Shown: positions 19,442-30,679, counted from the stretch's first letter. The stretch is DNA of 54,424 nucleotides from an uncultured virus (IMG/VR IMGVR_UViG_3300025728_000289) (IMGVR_UViG_3300025728_000289), one strand, 5' to 3'. Made by a program: numbers and translations. The notes: a model not told the origin generated them from the letters alone.

Positions 19442-21436
19442 ATGGGAGATAACGAAGATCGTCAGGACGGAATTGGCATTACTCTGGCAAAACGAGCCTT
19501 GAAGTATTACAAGTCCATAGGGATTGTCACTATTGCATCTGTAACTGCCATATTCATCATAGGCATAATTTTTCTCATAATACTAACATCATCGCAAAAA
19601 ATACCTGACTTGGAGAAATTGAAAAAGAGTACTTACATGTCCCTAGAACCAACCGCTCTTGCTTTGAAAGAGATACCTTCAGATCAGATGGAAATATTCA
19701 GGGAGGGGCAAAAAAATTATAATATTCCATGGACTGTGCTAGCTGCAGTGTCCAAAAACCGGACTAAGTTCGGAAAAGAGATATATAGAAACACTTATGG
19801 AGTATTTGGATTGGATTCGGTCTGGTGGAGTGGTCCGGGATCAAAAAAATATAGTTTAGATCCTGAGGGAAATATAGCAAACAAAGGAAACGGTAAAAAC
19901 GAATACGACATTCCAGACAACTTAGATGACATCGATGCGGCATATGCGGCATGCGAGCAACCTAGACCTTACCCGAATCCGCCAGGAACCCTGTGGACAC
20001 GATCTGACGCATATTGGAGTGAACCCTCTCCCCCAGCAAATACTACTTCTAGTACTGCTGGGACATCAAGTAATACCACTGTGTCAGCAAACAATACTTC
20101 ATCGACACCCGTGGTAAGACTAGCGAGTACAACCTCAACAAGCACCTCTGGGACGTCAAGTAAGCCCAAGCCGTGCAACATACCGGCTCCAGTGTATACG
20201 GCAGATCCAAAAGACGACAGAGATGCAACAATGGCAGTTGCCAAGTACTTAGTAGATCATAATTTCTCTGAGGATCCTCGAGGAGCACTACAAGACCTGC
20301 TTGGCCGTAGAGTTGTAGCCAACATCGTTATCATACAAGCGACAAAATATGGTGTTTTGGTAGACGCATCCACTTTGCCCAACATGTCCTTTGAAGACAA
20401 CCAAATCCCAGCTAAGTACATCCCTATATATCAGGCCGCAGCGGAGAAGTTCAACGTACCTTGGACTCTTCTAGCTGCTCATCACAGGGTAGAGACCAGA
20501 TTTTCAACACACCGACCAATGGTTTCTTCTGCTGGGGCAGAGGGGCACATGCAATTCATGCCGTGTACGTGGGTAGGTTGGTCGGCACCAGGATGTAAAG
20601 GTTCCAACGGTAAGGGCGATATTCCTTCCGCAGATAAAACAAGTCCCGAAGCTATATCGAGATATGGCGGGTATGGTTTAGATGCGAATGGAGATGGGAA
20701 AGCCGATATGTGGAATATAGAAGATGCCATTTACTCAGCGGCATCGTACCTATCAAGAAATGGAGCATCTAGTGGAGATTTAAGAAAAGCCATATATGCT
20801 TATAACCATAGTGAAACTTATATACAAAACGTATTGTACTTCAAAAACACTTATGACAATGGATATGTAGCTGTTGATGAGAACTCTGGGTTTAACGGAA
20901 CTTCAAACCCCTACATCATATGGCCTGTGGATCAGTCCAAATCCACTTTGTCTAGCCCGTATTACTACCGATTCCACCCAGTCGATCTAGTTTACAAATG
21001 GCATAGGGGCATAGACATTGCAAGATCAAATCGTTCGGCTCCATCGCCTTCTATTATGGCTATAGCAGATGGACGTGTGGTGTGGTCCGATGTAGGATTC
21101 GCAGGTTCAGGATACGGTGGTCTTGGCAATTCGGTTGCCATAGATCATGGGAATGGAATATATTCCCTGTATGCACATATGGTTCCGGGCAGTGTACGTG
21201 TTCAAGCGGGACAAAATGTAAGACAAGGAGATATACTAGGAACCATGGGTATGTCTGGAAAAGTAAGCGGTATACATCTCCATTTTGAGATACACATTGG
21301 ATCTCCAAAACATATTGAGGGATCGACTATGTTCTTGAATCCGCAATGTGTATACAAGGCACTTTCAGGCAATCAGTCAGGTGACTGGAGGTCAACCCTT
21401 AACTCACTTGGTGCAGACAGACTGCAAAAATGCTAA
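19442..21436 (+). CDS. Conjugative cell wall hydrolase: lytic transglycosylase domain(s) plus M23 peptidase
   Basis: LAAHHRVETRF, SSAGAEGHMQFMP, AIYAYNHS; M23 HRGIDI, YAHM, HLHFE; an upstream degenerate lysozyme-like repeat (IPWTVLAAV). Confidence 0.88.
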   Translation: MGDNEDRQDGIGITLAKRALKYYKSIGIVTIASVTAIFIIGIIFLIILTSSQKIPDLEKLKKSTYMSLEPTALALKEIPSDQMEIFREGQKNYNIPWTVLAAVSKNRTKFGKEIYRNTYGVFGLDSVWWSGPGSKKYSLDPEGNIANKGNGKNEYDIPDNLDDIDAAYAACEQPRPYPNPPGTLWTRSDAYWSEPSPPANTTSSTAGTSSNTTVSANNTSSTPVVRLASTTSTSTSGTSSKPKPCNIPAPVYTADPKDDRDATMAVAKYLVDHNFSEDPRGALQDLLGRRVVANIVIIQATKYGVLVDASTLPNMSFEDNQIPAKYIPIYQAAAEKFNVPWTLLAAHHRVETRFSTHRPMVSSAGAEGHMQFMPCTWVGWSAPGCKGSNGKGDIPSADKTSPEAISRYGGYGLDANGDGKADMWNIEDAIYSAASYLSRNGASSGDLRKAIYAYNHSETYIQNVLYFKNTYDNGYVAVDENSGFNGTSNPYIIWPVDQSKSTLSSPYYYRFHPVDLVYKWHRGIDIARSNRSAPSPSIMAIADGRVVWSDVGFAGSGYGGLGNSVAIDHGNGIYSLYAHMVPGSVRVQAGQNVRQGDILGTMGMSGKVSGIHLHFEIHIGSPKHIEGSTMFLNPQCVYKALSGNQSGDWRSTLNSLGADRLQKC

Positions 21437-21449
21437 AGGAGGAACACAC

Positions 21450-22202
21450 ATGAGCGAAGAGAAATCTAAGTTTTCTGTTTCAGATAAGGTGAAAGTAGGA
21501 CTTGTCGTGGGGGTGATTGGTATAGCCATTATAGTGAATCAGGTGCTATATAACACATCTGCCCCTCCAATGGACACCATTACTCCAGAGCCTCAGAAGG
21601 GGTCTCAGCAGATAATAGATAATAATATAGCCAAACAACAAGCCGAATTGGAACGACAGAAAAAATTACAGGAGTTGAATGTGGAGAAAGAGAGCGAGCT
21701 AACCCTCGACTCTCTCCTCCCTGATGGTACGAACATTATGGTAGTGAGCCCTAGTCCTGAAGCCGTTGGGAAAGGAAGCCTGACATATTTGATAACAAAA
21801 GGAAAGACCGACACTCGGCATGAGATAACTTGGCAGGGTAACAGTTTTGCCTATGCAACACCAACATCAACAGATCCATTATATCTATCCTCTATGTTCG
21901 CGTCCTATCTGTTAAATCGTGATTCAGTGCAACTTGGGTCCTTAAAGTCCTATATAGATGCTGAGTTGTTGAAATATACTTCTGATCCCAGTATGTTGGT
22001 GGTGAAAGATAAGACAATGACTAGTATGTCCTTCAGTCTACGCGAGAGCCAATTAGTGGTTGACTACATATTGGCAGATCATGTCGATGGGACAGATGAC
22101 GAGATATTTGTGGATATGGGTGTATATCTTGAATTCAAGGGTAACAAATGGATTATAACTGATGTAGACATCAGAAAAGAGGGTGATCAATTTGGCATAT
22201 AG
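21450..22202 (+). CDS. Membrane-anchored hypothetical protein of the conjugation/pilus operon
   Basis: N-terminal TM, RBS AGGAGG. Confidence 0.7.
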   Translation: MSEEKSKFSVSDKVKVGLVVGVIGIAIIVNQVLYNTSAPPMDTITPEPQKGSQQIIDNNIAKQQAELERQKKLQELNVEKESELTLDSLLPDGTNIMVVSPSPEAVGKGSLTYLITKGKTDTRHEITWQGNSFAYATPTSTDPLYLSSMFASYLLNRDSVQLGSLKSYIDAELLKYTSDPSMLVVKDKTMTSMSFSLRESQLVVDYILADHVDGTDDEIFVDMGVYLEFKGNKWIITDVDIRKEGDQFGI

Positions 22203-22800
22203 TATTGTCATAGACTACACCAATGATTTGAGTATCGGAAACTTTCTGAATTCAGAAACATGTTCAGATATAGGAATAAATGCGGTGCAGGTTAACTCTG
22301 TCGATATGCTGTCTCGGGCACTGACAGAGTATAGGCCGAATGCGATTGTATTGAGTACCAGTACGACCAGTGTGTCCGATATGCATGCTTTAATAACAGG
22401 AAATGTAGGACAATATAACTACATTATATGCACGGGCGAAATAAAGAATAAAAAAGATAAGCAACAATTGAAATTATTGCAAGAAGAATATAACTGTAAT
22501 ATAATAGGAAGTGTAGTGACAGACTTGTTGATGCTCAATAGTCTCATCACATGTATTGGTGATGTCACCCATGTACCACATAATTCTCACACACCACAAA
22601 TAGTGGAGGACGTATTTTACAAAGAAGAACCGTATAAAGAGGCGCCAATATCTGATATAGAGGTCACTTCTACAGAGCACGAAGCTATAGAAGGACATGC
22701 ACTAGTTTCCCCACAAGTGCCAGAATACAAAGAAGAAGCACAACCAAATTTACCATCTAGATTCGTGAATAATGACGATGACGATGATGTGGAATTTTGA
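22192..22800 (+). CDS. Hypothetical protein (receiver-like N-terminus, acidic tail)
   Basis: Overlapping operon gene; weak receiver-fold pattern (EYRPNAIVLS). Confidence 0.55.
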   Translation: MAYSIVIDYTNDLSIGNFLNSETCSDIGINAVQVNSVDMLSRALTEYRPNAIVLSTSTTSVSDMHALITGNVGQYNYIICTGEIKNKKDKQQLKLLQEEYNCNIIGSVVTDLLMLNSLITCIGDVTHVPHNSHTPQIVEDVFYKEEPYKEAPISDIEVTSTEHEAIEGHALVSPQVPEYKEEAQPNLPSRFVNNDDDDDVEF

Positions 22801-22828
22801 ATAAATAGCATTGAGGAAGGTGTTATAT

Positions 22829-25147
22829 ATGTCGAAAAAGACTTGCATTCTAGCTATTAATAAGCCCGAGATAGAAAATTGGATGCATGGAGTGGACAGA
22901 GAGGGTAAACTAGCGACATTCCCAATCTGGGAAGATCTGCATGTACTAGATATATTGCAGGATTCTCGTGATGTCATTCCAAGTATAGAAAATAACAACC
23001 CAAGTATACTGTTTATCTCCAACTTGCTGGGTTCTACCGAAAGCCTAAAGATGCTGTTGAAACGGTGCAGACAATCCTACCCACAAGTTCGTGTAGTCTT
23101 CTTGTTGTGGGGCAGTGAAAAAAATGTACAAGAACTGATTCACTTTTCTTTACAGCACACTATCACGACGGACTTAATTACCAAAGTTACAGCGAAGATG
23201 ATCAATAATATTCTAAGTGAATCTCTAAGTCTCGAGGAAGCGGAAGGGCTGAGAGACCCACAATATAAGTATGTGGAACAGGAAGAGATACCACAAAAAG
23301 CTTTACCTGAGGCGAAGGAACCACGTAAATCTTTCTTTCCGAAAAAAGGTACAGCACCTGATCATAAAAAATCTGCAAAAGATAGACTCTCGTTTGATGC
23401 CTTGACCAGTAAACTGAGAGGAAACAAGGGCAATGATGTCCCACCGAAAGTGATGATAGAGCAAGGGAAACAAGGTGAAGAAACATTAAGCACAGAGGCT
23501 GTTCAAGCACCTTTGTCTCCAGAATATGTAGGAGAGACACCGACTGTATCCGGACCCGTTGAAACAGTGAGGGTGCCAATATCGGAACCTGCTCCTACAC
23601 ACACTCAAGTACAAAAACCAAAACCCGTACCGGAGCCAATTCCAGTACCAAAACCTGCACCAGAGCCAATTCCAGTGCCTAAACCTGCACCAGAGCCAAT
23701 TCCAGTGCCTAAACCTGCACCAGAGCCAATTCCAGTGCCTAAACCTGCACCAGAGCCAATTCCAGTGCCAGAGCCAATTCCAGTACCAAAACCTGCACCA
23801 GAGCCAATTCCAGTGCCAGAGCCAATTCCAGTACCTAAACCTGCACCAGAGCCAATTCCAGTACTTAAGCCTGTATCGGAACCAAGGCCGGAGCCAATTC
23901 CAGTACCTAAACCAGTGCCGACACATGTACCTGAGTCTACATCTAAACCGGATACACTGCAAGTGCCTCTTACGCACCCTAGTCAGGACTCTCGTATGAA
24001 TGAAAAGATTGAGCCATTTTTTACTCCAAGGTCTCAACCACAAACACCTCATCAGGTGGAGCGAGATACACTCACGCCTACTGCAGAAGAAGCACAAAGC
24101 ATGCGTGGCATTCTGGACATAGGAGGTCATATAGAGACCGCCAAACCATTGTCTTTTGATGTAGATGCTCCTGTAGGTAAAAGTGAAAGTGGGTCTGGTG
24201 GCTTATTAGGTAAATTTAGTCGTTCGAAGAATGTAATGCCTATGGAAGAGAATACACTTGGTTCAGGTTTAGCCGATATGGGACGAAATATCGAGGTGCC
24301 ACCATCTCCTATCAAACAACCAGAAAGGATCAGAGAAACACAGTCTGCACCATCACCACAGTTCATTAACGCTAAGGTCGTCACATTCTACTCACCGAAC
24401 TCCATTGGAAAGACGACAATCCTAAGTAACATGGCGGTACAAGCAGCTTCGATGGGTTTAAAACCGATAGCCATCGATATGAACGTCGTGAAACACGATC
24501 TAGGCGCCTATTTCAATATTCCTAGAAAGACTCTGGGTCTGGAACAATTGTTGCACGATGGAATAGACGAGTATACGATAAAGGCCCTTCTACAACAACG
24601 TTATGGTGTCGACATACTACCAATTGGTATGGAAAGAGCACGATACGACCTGACTGTAGAAGTACAACAAGTAAAGGACATCATTCATAGAGTATCAAGA
24701 CGAATGGACTACAGCATGATACTGGTGGATATTTGCAACATTATAGACGAAGCAGCCACAGCGACGATGCTAGATCAGTCTGACATTATTTACTTGGTCG
24801 TGGACCAGAATAGAAGCTTCTTAGAAGATATTTATAATGAGCTTATATTTGCCGAAGAAGTCATGAGAATCCCACGGAGCAAGTTTCGACTGATTATTAA
24901 CAACTACATCCCAAAAGTGGATATGAGCCAGAGTCGAATAGAAAGCTATCTGAAAATGAAGGCTGTTTGTGTTATACCTTCTGATAGGTACGGTCATCTG
25001 CAAGCAGTAAATTATGGTAAGCCATACTGCACCAATAAAAATGAGGATTCTCAAGTGTGGGGTTCTCTGATTGAGAATGTAGTAGGGAGAAGTCTCAATG
25101 AAAAGTCCAGTGTATTTGGAAAGCTGGGTAAGTTAATTTTTAAATAA
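22829..25147 (+). CDS. TadZ/CpaE-like protein (receiver-like domain, Pro-rich linker, MinD/ParA-type ATPase)
   Basis: C-terminal YSPNSIGKTT, AIDMN, ILVDI, IINN; upstream of cpaF. Confidence 0.75.
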   Translation: MSKKTCILAINKPEIENWMHGVDREGKLATFPIWEDLHVLDILQDSRDVIPSIENNNPSILFISNLLGSTESLKMLLKRCRQSYPQVRVVFLLWGSEKNVQELIHFSLQHTITTDLITKVTAKMINNILSESLSLEEAEGLRDPQYKYVEQEEIPQKALPEAKEPRKSFFPKKGTAPDHKKSAKDRLSFDALTSKLRGNKGNDVPPKVMIEQGKQGEETLSTEAVQAPLSPEYVGETPTVSGPVETVRVPISEPAPTHTQVQKPKPVPEPIPVPKPAPEPIPVPKPAPEPIPVPKPAPEPIPVPKPAPEPIPVPEPIPVPKPAPEPIPVPEPIPVPKPAPEPIPVLKPVSEPRPEPIPVPKPVPTHVPESTSKPDTLQVPLTHPSQDSRMNEKIEPFFTPRSQPQTPHQVERDTLTPTAEEAQSMRGILDIGGHIETAKPLSFDVDAPVGKSESGSGGLLGKFSRSKNVMPMEENTLGSGLADMGRNIEVPPSPIKQPERIRETQSAPSPQFINAKVVTFYSPNSIGKTTILSNMAVQAASMGLKPIAIDMNVVKHDLGAYFNIPRKTLGLEQLLHDGIDEYTIKALLQQRYGVDILPIGMERARYDLTVEVQQVKDIIHRVSRRMDYSMILVDICNIIDEAATATMLDQSDIIYLVVDQNRSFLEDIYNELIFAEEVMRIPRSKFRLIINNYIPKVDMSQSRIESYLKMKAVCVIPSDRYGHLQAVNYGKPYCTNKNEDSQVWGSLIENVVGRSLNEKSSVFGKLGKLIFK
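23618..23919 (+). repeat. Coding tandem repeat, 30-bp unit encoding PKPAPEPIPV (with 18-bp PEPIPV variants)
   Basis: AAACCTGCACCAGAGCCAATTCCAGTGCCT repeated in frame. Confidence 0.9.
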
Positions 25148-25169
25148 TGTCTGGTAGGGAGGAAACACA

Positions 25170-28100
25170 ATGAAAAGATTGGGTGGAATAAGTAGGAATA
25201 GTTTGACCAAAGTCATGTCATCTTCTGACACATATATGAGAGACAGGAAGACTACTCAAGACTTGGAAGAAACTGGGGAACCGGGTGCAGATGTGCCTGT
25301 TCCCTCCCCAGAGGTTAAGGAAGAAGATCCCGAGACTCATGTATCTTTGATACCGTCAGACCAACAAGAAGAACCGGTGGAGCCTAGAGAAGAGATAGAG
25401 GAAAGGAATATTTCTGGAACTCCTTCGTCATCGAGTGCACCTGCCGACCCACAACCAGTAGACATAGATGACCCAAACAGTATTCACAATAGATTAGCAG
25501 GTTACGATCCAAATGCCTCCAACAGAGGGGGAGGACGACGACCTCCTGGTCCGAATGGTGGTTATCAATCCCCTGCTCCTCTACAAAAGAAGGAAAAAGT
25601 GGAGAAAGACAATACACCTACACCAAAAGTGGGTATTAACATTGGTGGAATCAAAAAGCCATCTCCACCCCCAAAAGTAGAAACACCTCCCACCTCTGTA
25701 GATACAGAGGAGACAAACAAAGCGGGTGTGCAAGAAGGTAGTAATGAGGCAGTTGGTGTAGATGAAAAAGAACATGGAAAGGGGGGTTCTCCTGCTCAGC
25801 AGAACCAAGGGAGTGGGCAAGAAGGAGAATCGAAGAATGCCGAAATGCCGCGTGTTAAGTTTCCGACCCAAGGAACAGGGCATCAGTCAGATAAAAATAC
25901 AAGGCAGACTACACAACAACGTCCTGATCAACAGTCCTCCAAGGAAGAACGGCCCAAGCATCACAGAGAACAACAACGTCCACAATCGAGTCAAGGACAA
26001 CAAGGAACAGAGCAATCTACAAAAACGGAAAAACAACAACCACTACAGCACCAAAATAATCAACGCGCGAGGGATGCGGTTGGACAACAACGGGGGAATG
26101 GGCAACCTTCAGAAAAGTCTCAGACACAATCTGCGCATTCCGTAAAAAAAGCTAATCCTGCGAAAGACGAGAGTGGGAGCAGAACGATGTCCAATGGTAA
26201 AGCAGAAAATAACAAGAGACCCCATACATCTACTCAAACAGGTGTAAATGCACAAAAACCGAACCCAGCATCTCCTTCGCAAAGGGAGGGAAATGTAAGC
26301 GGAGATACTCAGGCACACAGGACCGTCACAGGGAAAGATCGGAACATACAAACCCCTGATGCCCATGTATCCCAAGAAGTGCTGGAGACTCTCAAGTCGT
26401 TCAAGGATCTAAGCTCGGCTATCGCAACCCAAACTCGTGATATGTCCAAAGGCATGTTGGAAACTGCTCAACTTTCCGTAGATAAGATAGCCGGTCAATC
26501 AGACAAGGCCACTGAAGTGTTAATACAGGGTGTACAGGTTATTGCTGAGAGCGTTAATGTTGCTGTAGAGACTTTGGCTGAGAGTATGAATGAGACGGCT
26601 GAAACTTTAGCACGGGGAGCAGAAGCGGCGTCGTACACTATGATAGATGGAGCAAAAGAATCTGCTTCACGCCTCAATAGAGAGACAGAGCACACAACAT
26701 CACAGCTGGTTAGAGTAACTGAGCAAGCATCAGAGACACTTGTGAAGGGGTCTAAGGAAGCCACAGATGTATTGGTACATGGTGTGAGAGAGACCACCCA
26801 ATCCTTGTTGGACACCACTCAAGGTGTAGCAGACACTCTGATACAAGGAACGCAAGATGTGACAGAAAGCCTATCCGATAGCGTCAGAGATACATCGAAG
26901 CAGATGACAACTATAGCCCAGGAAGCTACACAGCAAATAGCAACGCAAGCTATGGAGTCCTCGGCGCTGATGGCAAAGAGTGTGGAGAATGCGATTTCGA
27001 AGCTGTCAGATTCCACACAACATAATCATGCAGATGTAGTAAGTCTCACTCGCGAAGCTACACAGGAACTTGCGAATGAGATGAAGTCCTCAGCAGAGAG
27101 ATTGCTAAGTGCAACAGAGACGGCGATTCGCGAGATAACAGAGGCCGCAAAGGTTAATGTTGAGAATCAGAAGACAGTGACACATGCATCTGTGGACACT
27201 TCTTATCTAGAGAAACAAGTAAGCTTTTTGCAGTCCCAATTGCAATCTTTACAATCTCAAATGTTCCAAATGAGCCGGGAAAAGTCCAGTGCACTTTTGC
27301 CTTCTCAGAATGAACTCCGAGAGGAATCTGATATTCCTCCTCATGTACCAGCACCAGATAGCTTCTTTGACCCTATAATTGACTACACAGCCCACACACC
27401 ATCATACGACCCCACTGTAGTAGCGGACATCCTCCTTGATGTTGCAAATGCTGCGGAGAGTGCAATGGAGGTATATAAAGTGGTAGAAACGGCGTATGGT
27501 GGGTGGACCCCCGACCCACAACTTTTGGCGAATATCAAGTTGGAGCTTATTCAAAATCACTCCCATCTTATGAAGCCGAACTGGGGTAATCCTGCATTGG
27601 AAGAGGAGGCTAGAACACAAATATTAAGCACAGTGAGCGTAAAGTGTAAGGGTCTGTCAGAAGAGGAAGAAAACGTTGTGGGGAGGATCTTGATAGCAGA
27701 GGTTCTAGGCATCGGTAAACTTGATCCTCTTATGGAAGATCGGTCAGTCACAGAAATACTGGTGATAGGACCGAATAAGGTGTTCTGTATAGTCGACGGG
27801 AACCAAATGTTGACAGATGTGACTTTCGATTCTAGCAAAGAACTGAATGGACTAGCAGTATCTATGGCAAGTGCAGTTGGTAAGGCGGTCAATGATGATA
27901 CACCTCACTGTGACGCGAAACTGCAGAATGGCGCACGTGTACACATAATCATACCACCAGCATCAGCAAACGGGCACTCTATCATAACAATACGTAAACC
28001 ACCATCCACAACCAAACCAGTAGATATTGCAAAACTGGTTGAATCACAAGCGCTTAGTGTAAAAATGGTGGAGTTCCTCAAGATGTGCGTCAAAGGAAAA

Positions 28101-28805
28101 GCAAACATTATCCTCTACGGGGAGACTAACTCAGGTAAAACCACAGTAACTAGGGCAATGTCTGGATTTTTCAGTCCCCATGATCGCATAATATCCATAG
28201 AGGACACACAAGAGTTGAATCTTCCAAATTTCCATTATGTGCCCCTTGAAGCAGTAAAAAGGGATAACAAAGATAAGAATATAGGTATACATGAGCTATT
28301 CAAAGATGTACTCAGGATGTCACCTGACAGACTTCTTGTAGGTGAGGTACGTGGAGCCGAAGGTGGAGACATGATAGAAGCTATGCAATCTGGTCAACGT
28401 GGAGGTATTACTACCCTACATGCGGGCGCTCCTGAACAAGTCGTGATGAGGCTAGTAATCATGATGGCGCGGGCTAACTTTGGTCTACCTGAAGAAATTA
28501 TGCGCAGAATGATACACGACTCAATCGACTTGGTTATTCAATGCCGTATTCTGCCAGACAAAACACGGAAAATCACTCGCATTACAGAAGTTATACCCGT
28601 AGATGAAGCCCGCAGACTAGGTATTGTTCCTTTCCGTGATATATTCAAGTTCGACCAGACAGACCTCGAGGAAGATGAGTTTGGTAGAACCAAGAAGGTC
28701 TTTGGTAGTCACCAATACAAAAATCACTTGTCTCTAGACAAAAGAACAAGATTTTTCGAGTTTGGTGCACGTGTTCCTACAGAATTTGGAGGCCTACATT
28801 CGTAG
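25170..28805 (+). CDS. cpaF: CpaF/TadA pilus assembly ATPase with a very long N-terminal extension
   Basis: GETNSGKTT, IEDTQEL, LRMSPDRLLVGEVRG, TTLHA. Confidence 0.88.
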   Translation: MKRLGGISRNSLTKVMSSSDTYMRDRKTTQDLEETGEPGADVPVPSPEVKEEDPETHVSLIPSDQQEEPVEPREEIEERNISGTPSSSSAPADPQPVDIDDPNSIHNRLAGYDPNASNRGGGRRPPGPNGGYQSPAPLQKKEKVEKDNTPTPKVGINIGGIKKPSPPPKVETPPTSVDTEETNKAGVQEGSNEAVGVDEKEHGKGGSPAQQNQGSGQEGESKNAEMPRVKFPTQGTGHQSDKNTRQTTQQRPDQQSSKEERPKHHREQQRPQSSQGQQGTEQSTKTEKQQPLQHQNNQRARDAVGQQRGNGQPSEKSQTQSAHSVKKANPAKDESGSRTMSNGKAENNKRPHTSTQTGVNAQKPNPASPSQREGNVSGDTQAHRTVTGKDRNIQTPDAHVSQEVLETLKSFKDLSSAIATQTRDMSKGMLETAQLSVDKIAGQSDKATEVLIQGVQVIAESVNVAVETLAESMNETAETLARGAEAASYTMIDGAKESASRLNRETEHTTSQLVRVTEQASETLVKGSKEATDVLVHGVRETTQSLLDTTQGVADTLIQGTQDVTESLSDSVRDTSKQMTTIAQEATQQIATQAMESSALMAKSVENAISKLSDSTQHNHADVVSLTREATQELANEMKSSAERLLSATETAIREITEAAKVNVENQKTVTHASVDTSYLEKQVSFLQSQLQSLQSQMFQMSREKSSALLPSQNELREESDIPPHVPAPDSFFDPIIDYTAHTPSYDPTVVADILLDVANAAESAMEVYKVVETAYGGWTPDPQLLANIKLELIQNHSHLMKPNWGNPALEEEARTQILSTVSVKCKGLSEEEENVVGRILIAEVLGIGKLDPLMEDRSVTEILVIGPNKVFCIVDGNQMLTDVTFDSSKELNGLAVSMASAVGKAVNDDTPHCDAKLQNGARVHIIIPPASANGHSIITIRKPPSTTKPVDIAKLVESQALSVKMVEFLKMCVKGKANIILYGETNSGKTTVTRAMSGFFSPHDRIISIEDTQELNLPNFHYVPLEAVKRDNKDKNIGIHELFKDVLRMSPDRLLVGEVRGAEGGDMIEAMQSGQRGGITTLHAGAPEQVVMRLVIMMARANFGLPEEIMRRMIHDSIDLVIQCRILPDKTRKITRITEVIPVDEARRLGIVPFRDIFKFDQTDLEEDEFGRTKKVFGSHQYKNHLSLDKRTRFFEFGARVPTEFGGLHS

Positions 28806-28820
28806 GCCTTTGAGGAGGCA

Positions 28821-29732
28821 ATGGAAATGGATTTTAGCATGATAAATATCGGACTATTAGTACTATTTGTAGTTACTATGACAGTTGCCATATATATGGT
28901 ACTGCCTAGTAGCGAAAGATTACGTGAGATGATGGAAACTTTTAGCGAAAAACAAGAGACGAGTTTAGAAGCAGGCATGAAACAAAAAAGATCTGTTAAT
29001 ATCTCTGCAAAGTTGAAAAGAGCAGGTATTAATATGCACCCTATCCTCTTCCGCGTATTGTGTTTGGCATCTGCTGTTATTGTTGCCATCTTTGTGTGGA
29101 AATATACGAACAACTTGATTGCTGGGTGCATAATAGCCATACTCGGTTACCAGATCCCATTCTGGATACTAAATTTTTTAAATAAGAACTATGATCAGAA
29201 AATGGATGTGCAGATAGGTATATTACTGAGCACTACACCACAGACTATATCCACGTCTGGCTCCATAGACAAAGCACTAGAGAGTATGACTCGTACAGTC
29301 GATCAACCCCTTCGAGGAGAAATAAATAAGATACTGGGGGCATCCCGTCTGGGTCAGTCTTTAGAGGACGGATTCGCTGAATTAGCAATCAAAACGGGGC
29401 ATGATGAGTTACGCACATACGGAAAATTCGTATCTACTGCTCTATACAAGGGAACCGCTGTAGCCGCAGATTCCTTCGCACGTCTCCATAAAGTGGTTGA
29501 AATGGAAAAGTCCTTAGAAAGGGATAAAAAGGCTCAGTTGTCCGAGTATACTATGTTCATAGTCGCTATGTTAGTAGGGTTGCCCTTGGCGTATGTAGGA
29601 GCCTGTACATTTTCGGAAACTGCCCAGGTATCATTAACTACATGGGGGTTGGGGAAAATCGCCACTATTGGTATAGCTATCATGATAGTAGGATCGTACC
29701 TTGGTTACAAAAGCAGCACACGTACTACTTAA
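28821..29732 (+). CDS. tadB: TadB-like membrane protein
   Basis: T2SSF-like pattern (PLRGEINKI, GQSLED), TMs, follows cpaF. Confidence 0.75.
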   Translation: MEMDFSMINIGLLVLFVVTMTVAIYMVLPSSERLREMMETFSEKQETSLEAGMKQKRSVNISAKLKRAGINMHPILFRVLCLASAVIVAIFVWKYTNNLIAGCIIAILGYQIPFWILNFLNKNYDQKMDVQIGILLSTTPQTISTSGSIDKALESMTRTVDQPLRGEINKILGASRLGQSLEDGFAELAIKTGHDELRTYGKFVSTALYKGTAVAADSFARLHKVVEMEKSLERDKKAQLSEYTMFIVAMLVGLPLAYVGACTFSETAQVSLTTWGLGKIATIGIAIMIVGSYLGYKSSTRTT

Positions 29733-29741
29733 TGGGTCTAC

Positions 29742-29807
29742 ATTGTAATTATTGATGTATGTAGTACATCATGTTATAATGTTAGTATAACTGGAATTTT
29801 ACTGGCA
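29742..29807 (+). promoter_or_regulatory. Internal promoter before tadC; copy 2 of the shared regulatory block
   Basis: TTGATG-N17-TATAAT (29752-29780); homology to 10761-10827. Confidence 0.65.
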
Positions 29808-29836
29808 TAAATAAGAAGATGTCTCAGTAACAAAAG

Positions 29837-30679
29837 GTGGTGAGTTTACTAATGCTTGGGCTTATTTTTACTTTGGCCTTTACTGTACTTCTCGGTTACA
29901 CCATTTATCTGTTTATCCCAAAATCTACAGACATGCCAGGGGAATCGATCCTTAGTTTGGAAGCGCAACAAGCTATAAAAGAATTGATGCTCAAGCCAAT
30001 CGACTGGTTGTCCTTTCAGATGGATACAAAAGATAAAAAATGCCTAGAAATACTGGAAGAAAACCCTAATCACTTCATCCTAAAGCGCATAGGATTCATG
30101 TTGGCTTTTGGCTTGGTTCTTTTCATGGTGGCTGGACCGTGGATGATTGCTGTAGGTCTGATTGTAGGTTGGATATTCCCTTCTATGAGTTTAAGAGCGA
30201 GGTATAACAACTGGAGGGACTCTGTATCGGCAGATAGCCCTACTATGGTTGACTATCTGATCATATACTTCTCCATCGGGTATAATGTTCCTATGGCTCT
30301 AAATGAGGCTTCAGAAGTCGTGGGCCCAGACTTATCGCAGGAATTACGTAGGGTCAGTGCCGACATAGCTTTGAACAAAGACTATGCCAGTGCGTTGGAC
30401 AAGTTTAGCGAGCGCGTGGACAACCCACATGTAGATGCTATACTGCAACAACTGAAGGCTTCGTGGTCCACAAAAGCATCACCAGACATGTTCGAAGATC
30501 TAGCAGATTCACTCGTAGAAATGAGAAAGCTGAAAATAAGTATGGCTACTTCCAGACAAAAGATCTTTATGGTGGCTTTACCTATTCTAGGTGTTTTGGG
30601 CTTGCTGACTCTCGTCTGTATCCCTTTAGCATATACAGTAATGGGGCAATTCACTGATATAACTATTACATCCAATTAG
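29837..30679 (+). CDS. tadC: TadC-like membrane protein
   Basis: PTMVDYLII..G.NVPMAL, ELRRV, ALDKFSER; TMs. Confidence 0.75.
   Translation: MVSLLMLGLIFTLAFTVLLGYTIYLFIPKSTDMPGESILSLEAQQAIKELMLKPIDWLSFQMDTKDKKCLEILEENPNHFILKRIGFMLAFGLVLFMVAGPWMIAVGLIVGWIFPSMSLRARYNNWRDSVSADSPTMVDYLIIYFSIGYNVPMALNEASEVVGPDLSQELRRVSADIALNKDYASALDKFSERVDNPHVDAILQQLKASWSTKASPDMFEDLADSLVEMRKLKISMATSRQKIFMVALPILGVLGLLTLVCIPLAYTVMGQFTDITITSN

Noticed and set aside
23618..23919. Possible CRISPR array
   Set aside because: Contiguous in-frame 30/18-bp units with no unique spacers; it encodes a Pro-rich linker
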